Source: Antedon mediterranea (taxonomy: Eukaryota; Animalia; Echinodermata). Taken from it: a DNA stretch of 64,000 nucleotides. Location: assembly GCF_964355755.1 (NCBI RefSeq), contig NC_092680.1, positions 21,833,045 through 21,897,044 of the forward strand, read 5' to 3'. The notes under the pieces are model-generated. The model saw only the letters and a program-made list of their open reading frames with translations, made no database searches and had not been told where the DNA came from. The position numbers were made by a program, and so were the translations under genes. Of the stretch, positions 63,272 through 64,000 are shown in pieces. Position 1 is the first letter of the stretch, and each line of letters begins with the position of its first letter.

Positions 63272-64000
63272 ATACCTTGAATTGCTTGCTTCAAAAATTT
63301 TTCTTATGGTTTTGCACATTGTACATGAGTGATTTTTGGTACTCAAAATGAGCTCATTACTCACCTTACAATCGGTATTGAGTACCCTGACAGTAGGGTA
63401 ACATTGATTTATGGCAACAACTTGTTTTAATGGCTTCAGTTTGATAAACTACAAAAAATACATACTGTAAAATTATTGCTTCTTACTACTTGGCATTGCA
63501 GATTCAAGGACTAACTAGTCTTGTGATCCTAAATTGATTTTTATTTTAATTTCATGTTTATTATTTTCATTATTTTGCAAATAAATGATATATAAATTCT
63601 ACTGCTATCCTATCAGAGTTCTGTACCTACTGTTTAGTGTGTCGTTTGACCTCATAGATAAAACCGAATGATTGTCTTGTAAAAATAATTACTGTAGTCT
63701 GGTAATTTTAATAGAAAAGTTCTTATTAAGATAATTGCTTAAGTTGTTATTAAGATACCATCAAAGTTTGTTTAAGAATGAACTTAGTATCCTGTGTGTA
63801 TAATGCTTGAATTCAGTTTGTAATATCATGTCTGTATTTTTACCACCTGCAACATTTTTACATGTTGAATTTTTTGACATTTGTAATTTAATTATTTCAT
63901 GTTGATTGATTTTTATTATTTTACAGGTATTTATTTTTGTTATTACGTATTTTATGGTATCAAAAACAAAACAAAAACAGGACCGATGCAGCTGTAACAC

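Noticed and set aside
63761-64000. 79 aa minus-strand ORF at the right edge
   Set aside because: No recognisable domain, and it cannot be spliced in frame to the candidate exon at 62848-62936.

Overview
AT-rich, intron-rich animal genomic DNA (invertebrate; an echinoderm or other deuterostome is plausible but not provable from the sequence). Five host genes could be spliced by hand with consistent intron phases: ATAD2-family AAA+ ATPase (minus, 15 exons, runs off the left edge), a tectonic (plus, 12 exons, about 707 aa, with a U12 AT-AC intron), a C1orf131/DUF4602-like gene (minus, 6 exons), BLCAP (minus, one coding exon) and CHCHD7 (minus, 3 exons). Introns and intergenic DNA hold many non-autonomous DNA transposons, SINEs, a decayed Penelope-like element with a hammerhead ribozyme, a tRNA-Val cluster and many minisatellites. 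Four observations stand out. (1) A 12.4 kb foldback element made of two inverted arrays of a roughly 196 bp satellite lies 65 bp upstream of the C1orf131-like start codon. (2) Tandem arrays copy real 3' splice-site/exon junctions up to 9 times. (3) TA is repeatedly expanded to TA-N3/4-TA in unrelated repeats, which resembles transposon excision footprints, and the same words pile up near the 5' end of every gene. (4) The same repeat terminus sits upstream of two different genes. Coordinates were counted by eye and may be off by a few bases. Family assignments rest on recalled motifs, not database searches.
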